DNA of 64,000 nucleotides from Syntrophobacterales bacterium. Lineage in GTDB: Bacteria > Desulfobacterota > Desulfobaccia > Desulfobaccales > 0-14-0-80-60-11. Below, piece by piece: positions 30,313-43,017 of the stretch; the first letter of the stretch is position 1, and each line of letters begins with the position of its first letter. The notes beneath the pieces are model-generated. The model did no database searches. It saw nothing but the letters and a program-made list of their open reading frames with translations, and was not told the DNA's origin. The DNA is taken from NCBI GenBank assembly GCA_020060385.1, contig JAGVAH010000044.1:7235-71234 (forward strand), in the 5' to 3' direction. Both the position numbers and the translations under genes were made by a program.

Positions 30313-30664
30313 GTAATCTCCCGCCAAAGCGTAACGGATCGAGATCAACAGCTTAAAGTGCAATAATGGACGGATAATTTCAACTTAACGAGATAGTCGC
30401 TTGTTTGCGCGTTGGCTAGCTTGTTAGGCTAAGTCGCATCGGTCCTCGTCAATTACGGGAAAAACGACGAAATCATCCCGGTGGGTATGGGCCGGCTGGT
30501 CTTTGCGGCCGCGCCGGAACCCAAAGAGCTCTATATTATCCCCTAGGCCCACCACCATGACACCTACTTAGTGGGGGGGGAAGACTTATGTCGACCGCCT
30601 GAAGACCTTTATTCACGGGAAGATCAGTCAATAAGCCGGCGGCTGCGGCCCGCCCTAGAACCTG

Positions 30665-31330
30665 CTAACGCCTCTCCCCGCCATGATGTTCTTCGTGACC
30701 GTGTCTTTCATGTTCATGGTGCCGTTGCTCATGCTTCTTTCTCTCATGCGGGTCCTTCCGGTGATGTTCCGGGTGGTGTTCCTCACGGCGGTGTTCCGGT
30801 TTATAGCCGTGGTCTCCCTTATGCTGCTCTCCTTTATGCCAATCTTTATGCCGGTCTCCTTTATGCCAGTCTTTATGCCGGTCCTTATGCCAGCCTTTGT
30901 GCCAGCCCTCCCCCTGCCCATGGTGGTACTGGTCATAGAACCGCCGGTCATAATGATAACCTGCGTGGTGATTCTGCCAGTGAGGATAATTGCGCTGGAA
31001 ACTTTGCCAGTAACTGGGATGCGCCACGTACCAGGAGTTCCACGTGGCCCCATACCAGTTCTGAGGCCTGACCACATAGGTGCGGGGATAGGCGTAATAG
31101 GGGCACCAGCCGTATTGCTGGCCGAAAAAGTAATAAAGGACGCCGTTTAAAAACCAGTCGCCGTTGTAATAGACCCAAGGGGTGTTAGACCCCACCCAGG
31201 GCTGCGCATAAGGAGCCGGGGGCGGGGCCGGATACTCTTGGACTTGGGCCTGAGAAGGCAAGGACATGACCGCCACCGCGCCTCCACCCAACATAATGGC
31301 TACCAATAAAGCAAAAATTATTTTTTTCAT
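30665..31330 (-). CDS. Secreted protein with an aromatic-rich core and a His/charged repeat tail
   Basis: Signal peptide MKKIIFALL; W/Y-rich middle; HKGW/HKDR/HKDW repeats. Confidence 0.75.
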   Translation of the reverse strand: MKKIIFALLVAIMLGGGAVAVMSLPSQAQVQEYPAPPPAPYAQPWVGSNTPWVYYNGDWFLNGVLYYFFGQQYGWCPYYAYPRTYVVRPQNWYGATWNSWYVAHPSYWQSFQRNYPHWQNHHAGYHYDRRFYDQYHHGQGEGWHKGWHKDRHKDWHKGDRHKDWHKGEQHKGDHGYKPEHRREEHHPEHHRKDPHERKKHEQRHHEHERHGHEEHHGGERR

Positions 31331-31623
31331 GACTAACTCCCGTGGATTTTTTCTCCCAGCTGATAACAACCAGATAAATCCGTGATTATCCCTTTACGAC
31401 AAATTGTATCAAGGGGACAGTCACGGATAAATCTTCGCTAACCCCGGGTTAACGAACAGAAGCCCGACGTTCCCTAAGGGTGCTTTATTTCTAAAAATTC
31501 GCCGTACTCCTTTCAAAACAGCAACAAATCGTGAAAAAAGAAAGGATAGCTGCTATAAATTCGCACATCGGCAGATTTTGAATATTGTTTAAATATGATA
31601 AGATTAATAGAAATATCAAAAGG

Positions 31624-33267
31624 TTATACTATTCCTTGCTGGGCTGCCAACTCCTCCACCCGCTCTTCCAGGCGGGCGATGAGGGGGGGCAGGGTCTTCT
31701 CATCCACCGCGGCCACCGCCACTCCTCTTTGAATCCGGCATTGCAGCCGGGTGAGCTGGGGGCTCACCAAGTCCTTCTTGTTGAAGACCTTGAGGACCGG
31801 CTTGTCCTGGAGGTTGAGGGAAGCCAGGATGTCTTCCACCGCGGCCATCTGTTCGGCAAACCCGGGGTTGCTGAGATCAATGACGTGGATCAGGAGGTCC
31901 GCCTCCTCCAGTTCCTCCAGGGTGGCCTTGAAGGCCTCCACCAGGTTCTTGGGGAGGTCCCGGATAAAGCCCACGGTGTCGGTGATGATCACCTCCCTTT
32001 CTTTGGGGAAGCGCAGCCGGCGGCTGGTGGGGTCCAGGGTGGCGAAGAGCTTGTCTTCGGCCAGCACCGCGGCGTGGGTCAGAGCGTTGAACAGGGTGGA
32101 TTTCCCGGCATTGGTATAGCCGATGATGGAAAGCACCGGCAGGCGGTGGCGCCGCCGGGGCTGGCGCCGCTCCCTTCTTTCGGCCCGCACCTGGGCCAGT
32201 TCCTGGTTGAGGCGGTGGAGGCGGTCCCGGAGGCGGCGGCGGTCGATCTCCAGCTTGGATTCCCCGGGACCCCGGCCGCCGATGCCCCCCATGAGGCGGG
32301 ACAGGGCGTCCCCCTTGCCCACCAGCCGGGGCAGGAGGTACTTCACCTGGGCCATCTCCACCTGGAGCTTCCCTTCCCGGCTCCGGGCCCGCTGGGCAAA
32401 GATGTCCAGGATCAACTGGGTGCGGTCCAGGACCTTGAGTTCGGTGAAATCGGTGATAGAGCGCACCTGGGAGGGGCTCAGCTCGGCGTTGAAGATCAGC
32501 AGGTCCGCATCCAATTGCAGGGCCTGGATCACCAGTTCCGAGAGCTTGCCCCTGCCCATGAGGAAGCGGGGGTCCAGGCGGGGCCGCTGCTGGATGATGG
32601 TGGCGGCCACCTCCAGGCCCGCGGCCCGGGCCAGTTCCGCCAGCTCCAGCATGGAATCTTCGGCCAGGGCCCGGCTTTTCCCGCTCACGCCGATGAGGAT
32701 GGCCCTTTCTTGGCCACCACCCACCCCGTTCCGGCCCACCCGGGCTAGTTCCTCTTCCAGGGAGGCCACCAGCCCCCCGAAATCCAGGTGCAAATGGCCC
32801 ACCTGGTCCGCGTCCAGGATGGCCCAGTTGCGGCCGTTCTCGGGCTGGGGCAGCAGGTGTGCGAGCTGGATGGAGCCGGGAGCGCCATCCTTGGACACCA
32901 GGAGCGCGGCCACCGCGTCCAGGCGCAGCAGGGCCAGGTCCATCAGGTCATCCTGGCTCAAGGCGGGGGTATCCAGGTGGGTATGGATGAGGCGCAGGCC
33001 CTTGAGGCGGCCCTTGACGCCCCGTTCCCGCCTTAGGGGGGGGAGCAGCAGGCCCTTGGCGTCCCCGACGATGACCTGGGCCACCGCGCCGGTGCGGTCC
33101 AGGAGCACCCCCACCTGCCGGTTGAGGTCGTGGGAGATCTGGGCCATTTGCCGGGCCAGCTCCGGGGTGAGCAGATCCTGGGGGGGCACTTTGCGGCGGT
33201 AGAGCCGCTCCAACTGGCGGTACTGCTGGGGCTTTAAGCCGGTGAGGTTACCCAGGGGACGATGGAT
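31624..33267 (-). CDS. hflX: GTPase HflX (long form with N-terminal extension); probable ATC start
   Basis: IHTH; LILDIFAQRA.S.EGKLQVE; GGIGGRGPGE; GYTNAGKST; LFATLDPT; DTVGF; NKKD. The conserved N-terminus GNLTGLKP lies upstream of the tracked TTG. Confidence 0.93.
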   Translation of the reverse strand: MHRPLGNLTGLKPQQYRQLERLYRRKVPPQDLLTPELARQMAQISHDLNRQVGVLLDRTGAVAQVIVGDAKGLLLPPLRRERGVKGRLKGLRLIHTHLDTPALSQDDLMDLALLRLDAVAALLVSKDGAPGSIQLAHLLPQPENGRNWAILDADQVGHLHLDFGGLVASLEEELARVGRNGVGGGQERAILIGVSGKSRALAEDSMLELAELARAAGLEVAATIIQQRPRLDPRFLMGRGKLSELVIQALQLDADLLIFNAELSPSQVRSITDFTELKVLDRTQLILDIFAQRARSREGKLQVEMAQVKYLLPRLVGKGDALSRLMGGIGGRGPGESKLEIDRRRLRDRLHRLNQELAQVRAERRERRQPRRRHRLPVLSIIGYTNAGKSTLFNALTHAAVLAEDKLFATLDPTSRRLRFPKEREVIITDTVGFIRDLPKNLVEAFKATLEELEEADLLIHVIDLSNPGFAEQMAAVEDILASLNLQDKPVLKVFNKKDLVSPQLTRLQCRIQRGVAVAAVDEKTLPPLIARLEERVEELAAQQGIV

Positions 33268-33559
33268 AGCGATTACCTCTTAGGCGTACTTCGATTAAAA
33301 GTTAAGACTTTGTTTAATTTTAACATATCCTAACGATCTTTAAAGCCCAGAGGATGCTTATTATGGCAATGGCCTGCCCTCGCAGTTGCACCAAATTTTC
33401 AGTTGAGATGAGGGTCAATGAGAAATGCCCCTATAGAGGTTAATAGGAGTCTCGGAAAGTGCCGGAAGGTCCTTAAATGGCTGCTAATGGCTTCAGAGCA
33501 GTCGCCAGACCAGGGCAAAAATCAGGAGAATCCAGCTTCCAGAAAAAGAATCCCGGCAA

Positions 33560-36760
<3,201 letters not shown>

Positions 36761-37001
36761 GGGACATCCTCCTGGAGGGGACGGGGAATAAGCGGACCTT
36801 AACTGGCGGAAAGCCTGGGGAGGAATATAGGCAAGGCCGGTGGGAGTGTCAACACAAAGATTTAGTTTTAATAAAAATTATCCTGATATTACAGTTTTAA
36901 TAATTGATGCCCTGAGGTCCATCAGATTAAGGAAATTTGTTTAGGGTTTTAAATCATAAGCTTTACCGAGTGTCAGAAATAATTGCGCATAAGCAAATGG
37001 G

Positions 37002-37067
37002 TTTGTCACCCTGAGCGAAGCGAAGGGTCTAGATTCTTCGCCGCCTCCGGCGGCCCAGAATGACAAA
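37002..37067. repeat. REP-like palindrome (GTCAYYCTGAGCGAAGCGAAG family)
   Basis: tttgtcaccctgagcgaagcgaagggtct-agattcttcg...cagaatgacaaa; same core as 24164-24235. Confidence 0.75.
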
Positions 37068-37128
37068 GTGTGGTGGATAATCATCTTTAAATGACGCTGT
37101 GTATAATGACTATGTTCTCAAAAAAACT

Positions 37129-37177
37129 TTGACAAAAAGCCTGGCCTTGATTATATACAGACCAACCGGTTGGTCTG
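37129..37177 (+). promoter_or_regulatory. Sigma70-type promoter with an adjacent TetR operator
   Basis: TTGACA at 37129; -10-like TATATA at 37152; perfect 20-bp palindrome CAGACCAACCGGTTGGTCTG at 37158-37177. Confidence 0.75.
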
Positions 37178-37201
37178 ATACCGGATGTAGGAGCCAAACC
37201 C

Positions 37202-37786
37202 ATGTCCCTCAAAGACCGGATCATTCATGAGTCCCTGCGCCAATTTTCCACCAAGGGATTCATGAGCACCACCATTAACGACATCCTGGAAGGGGTGGGC
37301 ACTTCCAAAGGGGGGTTCTATAATCACTTTAAAAGCAAGGAAGAATTGTTTTTCGCGGCCCTGAGCGAAGCCCGGAAGATCTGGCGCCAGAAGAATCTGG
37401 CCGGGTTGGACCGCTGCCCCCGTCCTTTGGACAAGATCAAAAGGCTTTTGGAAAACTACCGGGACCGCTACTTGCCGGACTTCGAAGACTTTCCCGGAGG
37501 TTGTGTCTTCGTGGCCCTGGCGGTGGAATTAAACGACCAGCACCCCCACCTGGCCCGGGAGGTGAACGAGGGTTTCCGCAGGTTCAAAGCCCTGCTCAAG
37601 CGGCTCCTGGACCAGGAGCAGCAAGGCGGGACCCTGAAAAACGGCATCGATACCACGGTGGTGGCGGAGATGATCTTTGGGGGGCTTCTGGGAGCTTCTG
37701 TGGCCTTTACTGCCGATAAATCCCGGGAGCATCTGGATCAATGCATTGAAGGGCTTATTGCCTTTTTAAACATGATCAGCCTCTAA
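37202..37786 (+). CDS. TetR/AcrR family transcriptional regulator
   Basis: N-terminal HTH (KGF..TTINDI...GTSKGGFYNHFKSKEEL); GGC motif. Confidence 0.93.
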   Translation: MSLKDRIIHESLRQFSTKGFMSTTINDILEGVGTSKGGFYNHFKSKEELFFAALSEARKIWRQKNLAGLDRCPRPLDKIKRLLENYRDRYLPDFEDFPGGCVFVALAVELNDQHPHLAREVNEGFRRFKALLKRLLDQEQQGGTLKNGIDTTVVAEMIFGGLLGASVAFTADKSREHLDQCIEGLIAFLNMISL

Positions 37787-37879
37787 CAACTAGATTTCTT
37801 AAAGAGACCCCTATCTCCCCGGTGTTTTTAGTAGTCACAAGGGGGGACCTGTCGGTCTGCCAATGAAAGGAGGAAGCAG

Positions 37880-39028
37880 ATGGATTTCAAGCTGTCGGAA
37901 AGAGAAGAGCTGCTCCGGAAGTCCACCAGGGAATTTGCGGAGAGTGAGATTACTCCCAGGATTGAGGCCATGGAGGAGACCGGGGAGTTCCCCCTGGACT
38001 TACTGAAACCCATGGCCAAGTTGGGGATCACCGGCATCATCGCCCCTCCGGAATACGGGGGCGTGGGCCTGGGCTACCTGGCCCGAACCATCGTCCTGGA
38101 GGAGCTGGGCCGGGTCTGCGCCGCCATGCCCATGAGTATGCAGGTCCACCATATGGCCATTGCCGCGCTCAACGATTTCGGCACCGAGGAGCAGAAAAAG
38201 AAGTACATCCCGCCCCTGGCCGCGGGGGAGACCATGGGCTGCGTGGCGGTGACCGAACCCTCCGGGGGCTCGGACGTCCTGGGGATGCAGGCCACTGCCG
38301 TCCTCAAGGACGACAAATGGATCATCAACGGCAGGAAATGTTTCATCACCAATTCCCACACTTCCAATTTTTGGGTGGTGATCGCCCGCACCGGCGAGGG
38401 CCCCAAAGGGCTGTCCGCGTTCCTGGTGGAGAAGGACGCGCCCGGGGCCAAACAGGGGCGCAAAGAGCACAAGTTCGGCCTCCGGGGTTCCAATACCGGG
38501 GAGTTGGTCCTGGATAATTGCGAGGTCCCCAAGGAAAACATCCTGGGCCAGGAAGGGGGGGGCCTGGGAGTGGCCTTGAAGACCGTGAGCGAAAGCGGCA
38601 GGACCGGCATGGCCGCCACGGCTTTGGGTATTCTCCAGTCCATTTATGAAGAGGCCGGAAAATTTGCCAGTGAGCGGGTCCTCTACGGCAAACCCATTGC
38701 CGCGTTGCAGGCCATCAGCTTTTATATGGCCGAGATTTATACGGAGTTGGATATCTGCCGGCTGCTGTGCTACCGGGCCTCCTGGATGAAGGACCAGAAT
38801 CTGCGGTTCGACGCGGAGAGCGCCATGGCCAAATCCTACACCTGCGACGCCGCGGCCCGCTGCGCCAAAAAGGCCATCGAAATTCACGGGGCCTACGGCA
38901 TCATGAAAGAATACAAGGTGCAGCGCCTGCTCAGGGACGCCATGGTCACCATCTCCGCGGGCGGCACCGGGGAGATCGGCAAGGTGGTGCTGGGCCGGGC
39001 GGCCCTGGCGCCGTTCCAGAAGAAATGA
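37880..39028 (+). CDS. Acyl-CoA dehydrogenase
   Basis: PPEYGG; TEPSGGSD; INGRKCFITN; KFGLRGS; IHGAYG; RDA...I.AGGTGEI. Confidence 0.94.
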   Translation: MDFKLSEREELLRKSTREFAESEITPRIEAMEETGEFPLDLLKPMAKLGITGIIAPPEYGGVGLGYLARTIVLEELGRVCAAMPMSMQVHHMAIAALNDFGTEEQKKKYIPPLAAGETMGCVAVTEPSGGSDVLGMQATAVLKDDKWIINGRKCFITNSHTSNFWVVIARTGEGPKGLSAFLVEKDAPGAKQGRKEHKFGLRGSNTGELVLDNCEVPKENILGQEGGGLGVALKTVSESGRTGMAATALGILQSIYEEAGKFASERVLYGKPIAALQAISFYMAEIYTELDICRLLCYRASWMKDQNLRFDAESAMAKSYTCDAAARCAKKAIEIHGAYGIMKEYKVQRLLRDAMVTISAGGTGEIGKVVLGRAALAPFQKK

Positions 39029-39250
39029 TGGGAAGGTGTCGCCAGTTTTTGCGGGAAGGGTTGGGGGAGCAGGGGCTCCCCACCCTCCCCTTAAGCTCTC
39101 CTCCCCACCCCCTTCATAAACAACCCCCCCCTAATAAACAACCATGATGGGGGTGGGGGAGAGGTTTTAGAAGACGGAGGCAGGAGTTGCGCCCCCTGCC
39201 CCTTCTGCCAATAACTGATTTCAACCTCCCCAGGTTAAGGACAAAGAACT

Positions 39251-40048
39251 ATGGACAGGGTAATTGTCTGCGTCAAGCCGGTGCCGGACCCCAAGGACTG
39301 GGACCGGCTCCGGCTGGACCCGGTGACCAAGACGCTGGTGCGCGAGGGTATTGGCAGTGTAATCAACCCCCTGGACAAACATGCCCTGGAAGCCGCCCTG
39401 GAAATTAAAGACGCCCAGGGGGCGGAAGTGGTCATCCTCTCCATGGCCCCCCCTGCGGCCCAGCCGGTTTTGCGGGAGGCCCTGGCCCTGGGCGCGGACC
39501 GGGCGGTGCTCCTCTCGGACCCTGCCTTCGCGGGCTCGGACACCCTGGCCACCTCCCGGATTCTGGCCGCGGCCATCCGCCGCCTGGGGCCTTTCGACCT
39601 CATTTGCTGCGGCAACTACACCCTGGACGGCTCCACCGCCCAGGTTCCTTCCCAACTTGCCGAACTCCTTAGGATTCCCAACATCATGCACGTGAGCAAA
39701 ATGGAGCTCAAGGAGGAAAAGGAGCTTATTGTCACCCAAAAAATCGAACAGGGGTACATGCGCCTGGAGGCGGAGCCGCCCCTGCTCCTTTCCTTCACCA
39801 AGGAGGCCAACAAACCGCGCTTCAGCAGTTTTCTGGAAATACTGGCAGCGGAGAAAAGGGAGTTGGCTATCTGGACTAATGGGGACTTGAACCTAAAGGA
39901 GTCGCTGATCGGTTTAACCGGATCGCCCACCCAGATGGCGGACCTGTTGGTGCGGCAGAAAGGCCGCCAGGGCCTGCGGCTGGAAGGCGACCCTGAGGAG
40001 ATCGCCCGACTGCTGGTTGACAAGATACATCAAATGGGTTTAATCTAA
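39251..40048 (+). CDS. etfB: Electron transfer flavoprotein beta subunit
   Basis: VCVKPVPD; INPLD..ALEAAL; GADRAVL; FAGSDTLAT; GLTGSPT. Confidence 0.93.
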   Translation: MDRVIVCVKPVPDPKDWDRLRLDPVTKTLVREGIGSVINPLDKHALEAALEIKDAQGAEVVILSMAPPAAQPVLREALALGADRAVLLSDPAFAGSDTLATSRILAAAIRRLGPFDLICCGNYTLDGSTAQVPSQLAELLRIPNIMHVSKMELKEEKELIVTQKIEQGYMRLEAEPPLLLSFTKEANKPRFSSFLEILAAEKRELAIWTNGDLNLKESLIGLTGSPTQMADLLVRQKGRQGLRLEGDPEEIARLLVDKIHQMGLI

Positions 40049-40489
40049 TAGCAGTATCATTTCCACCTCACAAAATACGGGTCCTCAAACTCCCCCTCAA
40101 TCATTGGGAGGGGGACAAGTTGGCGCGGTCCTTGGCAATTCCATTCCCATTCCAGCCCTCCCACATCACGGGGAAGGTAGTAAAAGTTTAAAAATTATAT
40201 TAGATGATCCTGAGAAGCCACACTTGCCATATTAATTATTGATTTACGCGCTCAATGTTATAATTTATCGCCAATGGCCCAAACGGGGGTAATTTCCTAT
40301 TTCTGATTTAGCCTCTGTATATTATGATTTAACTTAAAATTACTTTTTCCCGAAAATCAATTATGAAGCAGTAAAAGCTGCCGCATAATTAACGCATTAT
40401 CCCGGTTGCAGGCAATGGTCACAATTAGGAGAATCCCGGCGAGGTAATGCCGTTTTATCGGCAAGCCGTAGATTGATCCGGAGGACTTT

Positions 40490-41560
40490 ATGCCCCAGTG
40501 CCCTATCTGCAAGGCGGCTGTCTGGGTGGGCCAACAATACTGCGCAACCTGCGGAAACCACCTGCCCCAGAAGGAGGAGGATTATTTTTGCCCCCATTGC
40601 CGCACCCCCATGGCCAGCCCCCAGGATAGCTGCGAAAACTGCCAAGAAATACTGCCGGGGATTACCAGGATTTACCCTCAGGCTCCTGGGTGGACTTGGC
40701 TGCGGCCAATTGGGGTACCGGGCCTCTGCCTCGCCGCCGGGTTCCTCGGAGTAGCCATAGTCTTTTTCTTTTATTTCTATGGAAGTCCAGGACCTACTCA
40801 GCCGCTAACGACCCAGCCGTCTCGGGCCGCCTGGGAGCAAACGACAACTACTCCCCCCAGCCCCACGCCAGAAAAGACCCCAGCAGCCGCCATGATGGCG
40901 GCTGCAGAACAAACTGCGGGCCCCTCAGCCCCAGAAACCCCTGCTCCATTGCCAGTGACGGCAGTAAAGCCGGCCTCGGGCCGGTATTTTGTGAATACCC
41001 ACGCACTTTCCCTCCGCAAGGCTCCGGATGCGTCCGCCGCCCTAGTTACCATTCTCCGCTTCAAAGAGGAGGTGGTACTTATGGGCACCGCCGACGGTTG
41101 GGGGAAGGTGCGGCACAAGCAGCGCAATATCGTCGCCTGGGCCAACATGCGCTACTTGCAGCCCTTAGCGGTTTCCCAACCAACTCCCGCTGCCCCACCT
41201 CTGACCGCGTCCCAAACGGCGTCATCGGCCTCCACGGTGACGGCAGCGCAGAAACCCGCGGACCTCCCAGCCCCGGCAGCCTCTTCTCCCCCGAAGGAGA
41301 CGGCATCAACTTTATCACTGGGCAGGTATTTTGTGAATACCATTGAACTGTCTGTCCGGAATGGCCCGGAAATTTCCGCGCCCCGGATCACCACTCTCAA
41401 CTTCAAAGACGAGGTGGAATTGCTGGAAACCTCCGGAGGCTGGGGGAAGGTACTGGACCCGCGGCGGGATATCGTCGGCTGGTCCTCCCTGCGCTACTTG
41501 CAGCCAGTGACAGGTGATGGTCCCCGGGAGGTCTCCCAGCATAAACCTGCAGAGCCGTAA
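40490..41560 (+). CDS. Membrane protein with an N-terminal double zinc ribbon and two bacterial SH3 domains
   Basis: Four CxxC pairs; one TM helix; Pro/Thr/Ala linkers; duplicated GRYFVNT..LS.R..P...W..V......GW/AW...YL domain. Confidence 0.8.
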   Translation: MPQCPICKAAVWVGQQYCATCGNHLPQKEEDYFCPHCRTPMASPQDSCENCQEILPGITRIYPQAPGWTWLRPIGVPGLCLAAGFLGVAIVFFFYFYGSPGPTQPLTTQPSRAAWEQTTTTPPSPTPEKTPAAAMMAAAEQTAGPSAPETPAPLPVTAVKPASGRYFVNTHALSLRKAPDASAALVTILRFKEEVVLMGTADGWGKVRHKQRNIVAWANMRYLQPLAVSQPTPAAPPLTASQTASSASTVTAAQKPADLPAPAASSPPKETASTLSLGRYFVNTIELSVRNGPEISAPRITTLNFKDEVELLETSGGWGKVLDPRRDIVGWSSLRYLQPVTGDGPREVSQHKPAEP

Positions 41561-41669
41561 GAGCCAGAGCCCGTTATTGCCAAAGCTCTCCAGGACAGGT
41601 GGAAGCGGCTGGTAAAGGCAATGGCATTTCCCCTTGTTCCTGGAAATATATCCTCTAGGGAATCCTGAC

Positions 41670-42674
41670 ATGGAAAAACCGCAGATTTGGGTCTTTATGG
41701 AGCAGCGGGGCGGGGTGCTCCACGACGTGGGTTTGGAACTCCTGGGCAAGGCCCGGGAGCTGGCCGGGTCCCAAGACGCCACCGTTGCCGCCTTGCTGTT
41801 GGGCGAAAAGGTGGCCCCTTTGGCGGACCGGCTCATTGCCCACGGGGCCGATCTGGTCCTGGTGGCGGCAGACCCGGCCCTGGAACCCTACCGCTTGCTG
41901 CCATACACCCAGGTCTTGGCCCGGGCCTGCCGGGAGTACGAGCCCGCCATCCTGCTCTTCGGGGCCACGGCCCTGGGCATGGAACTGGCGCCCCGGTTGG
42001 CGGCGCGCCTGGAAACAGGCCTCTCCGCCCATTGTATTGATCTTAAGTTGGATGCCGACGGCCTGCTGCTGCAGATGGTCCCCGGCTGGGGCGGCGGCGT
42101 GGTGGCCACCATTAAGTGCCCGGTGCATCGTCCCCAGATGGCCACGGTGATGCCCGGGGTGATGCAAAAGTCTGGGCCGGAAGCGAGGTCCGGCCGGGTG
42201 GTCCATTTGGCCGTGGGCCCGGACCTGGAGGTCTCCGGCCCCCGGGTCCTGGAAGTCCACCGGGAAGAACCCCAGACCCTGCCCCTGGAACAGGCTGAGG
42301 TGGTGGTGGCCGGCGGCTTCGGCATCGGCGGCCGGGAGGGCTGGCAGCTCTTGGAAGACCTGGCGGGCCTCCTGGGGGGCGCAGTGGGGGCCACCCGGCC
42401 GCCGGTGGATGAAGGCTGGGCCGCAGAGGGGCAGATGATCGGCCAGAGCGGAAAAACCGTCAGGCCCCGCCTGTATATCGGCGTGGGCATCTCCGGGATG
42501 TCCCACCACGTAGTGGGCATGGAGGCCGCGGAAACGGTGGTGGCCATCAATACCGACCCCCAGGCTCCCCTCCTGGCCCTGGCGGATATCGCGGTGGTGG
42601 GGGATTACCGGGAAATTATCCCGCCGTTAGTAGCGGAGCTCCGCCAGAGACGCAAGGGCAGCGCCGCCACCTGA
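41670..42674 (+). CDS. etfA: Electron transfer flavoprotein alpha subunit
   Basis: IWVFME; LAPRLAARL.TGL; PQMATV; VVVAGG.G; GATRPPVD; IGQSGKTV.P.LYI.VGISG; AINTD. Confidence 0.93.
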   Translation: MEKPQIWVFMEQRGGVLHDVGLELLGKARELAGSQDATVAALLLGEKVAPLADRLIAHGADLVLVAADPALEPYRLLPYTQVLARACREYEPAILLFGATALGMELAPRLAARLETGLSAHCIDLKLDADGLLLQMVPGWGGGVVATIKCPVHRPQMATVMPGVMQKSGPEARSGRVVHLAVGPDLEVSGPRVLEVHREEPQTLPLEQAEVVVAGGFGIGGREGWQLLEDLAGLLGGAVGATRPPVDEGWAAEGQMIGQSGKTVRPRLYIGVGISGMSHHVVGMEAAETVVAINTDPQAPLLALADIAVVGDYREIIPPLVAELRQRRKGSAAT

Positions 42675-42734
42675 TTCCTGGCCGTCACCTCCAGACGCCA
42701 ACAGGAGAGAGCGCCACACTGCCGGGAATGGCTC

Positions 42735-42977
42735 CTACCCCCGTTTTAGCCGCAGAAGCATTAGACCCTTGGCGTCCCCAACGATGACCTGACTACGGAC
42801 TGGCCCGGTCCCCAAGGACCCCCGTCTGCCGGTGCAAATCAAAGTTGATTTGGGCAATTTGCCGGGCCAGTTCCGGGGTGAGCAAATCCAGGGGGACGCT
42901 TTGCGGCGGTAGAGCCGCGCCAACTGCCGGTACTGCTTGGGCTTTAAGCCAGTGAGATTACCCAGGGGACCGGGGAT
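42735..42977 (-). pseudogene. hflX: Decayed duplicate of the hflX 5' region
   Basis: Nucleotide match to about 33040-33267 (GNLTGLKPKQYRQLARLYRRK ... QVIVGDAKGL) with frameshifts and an early stop. Confidence 0.85.
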
Positions 42978-43017
42978 TAAACTGAAAAATCTTGGGACAA
43001 ACGCCGTTAGCCGCGCC

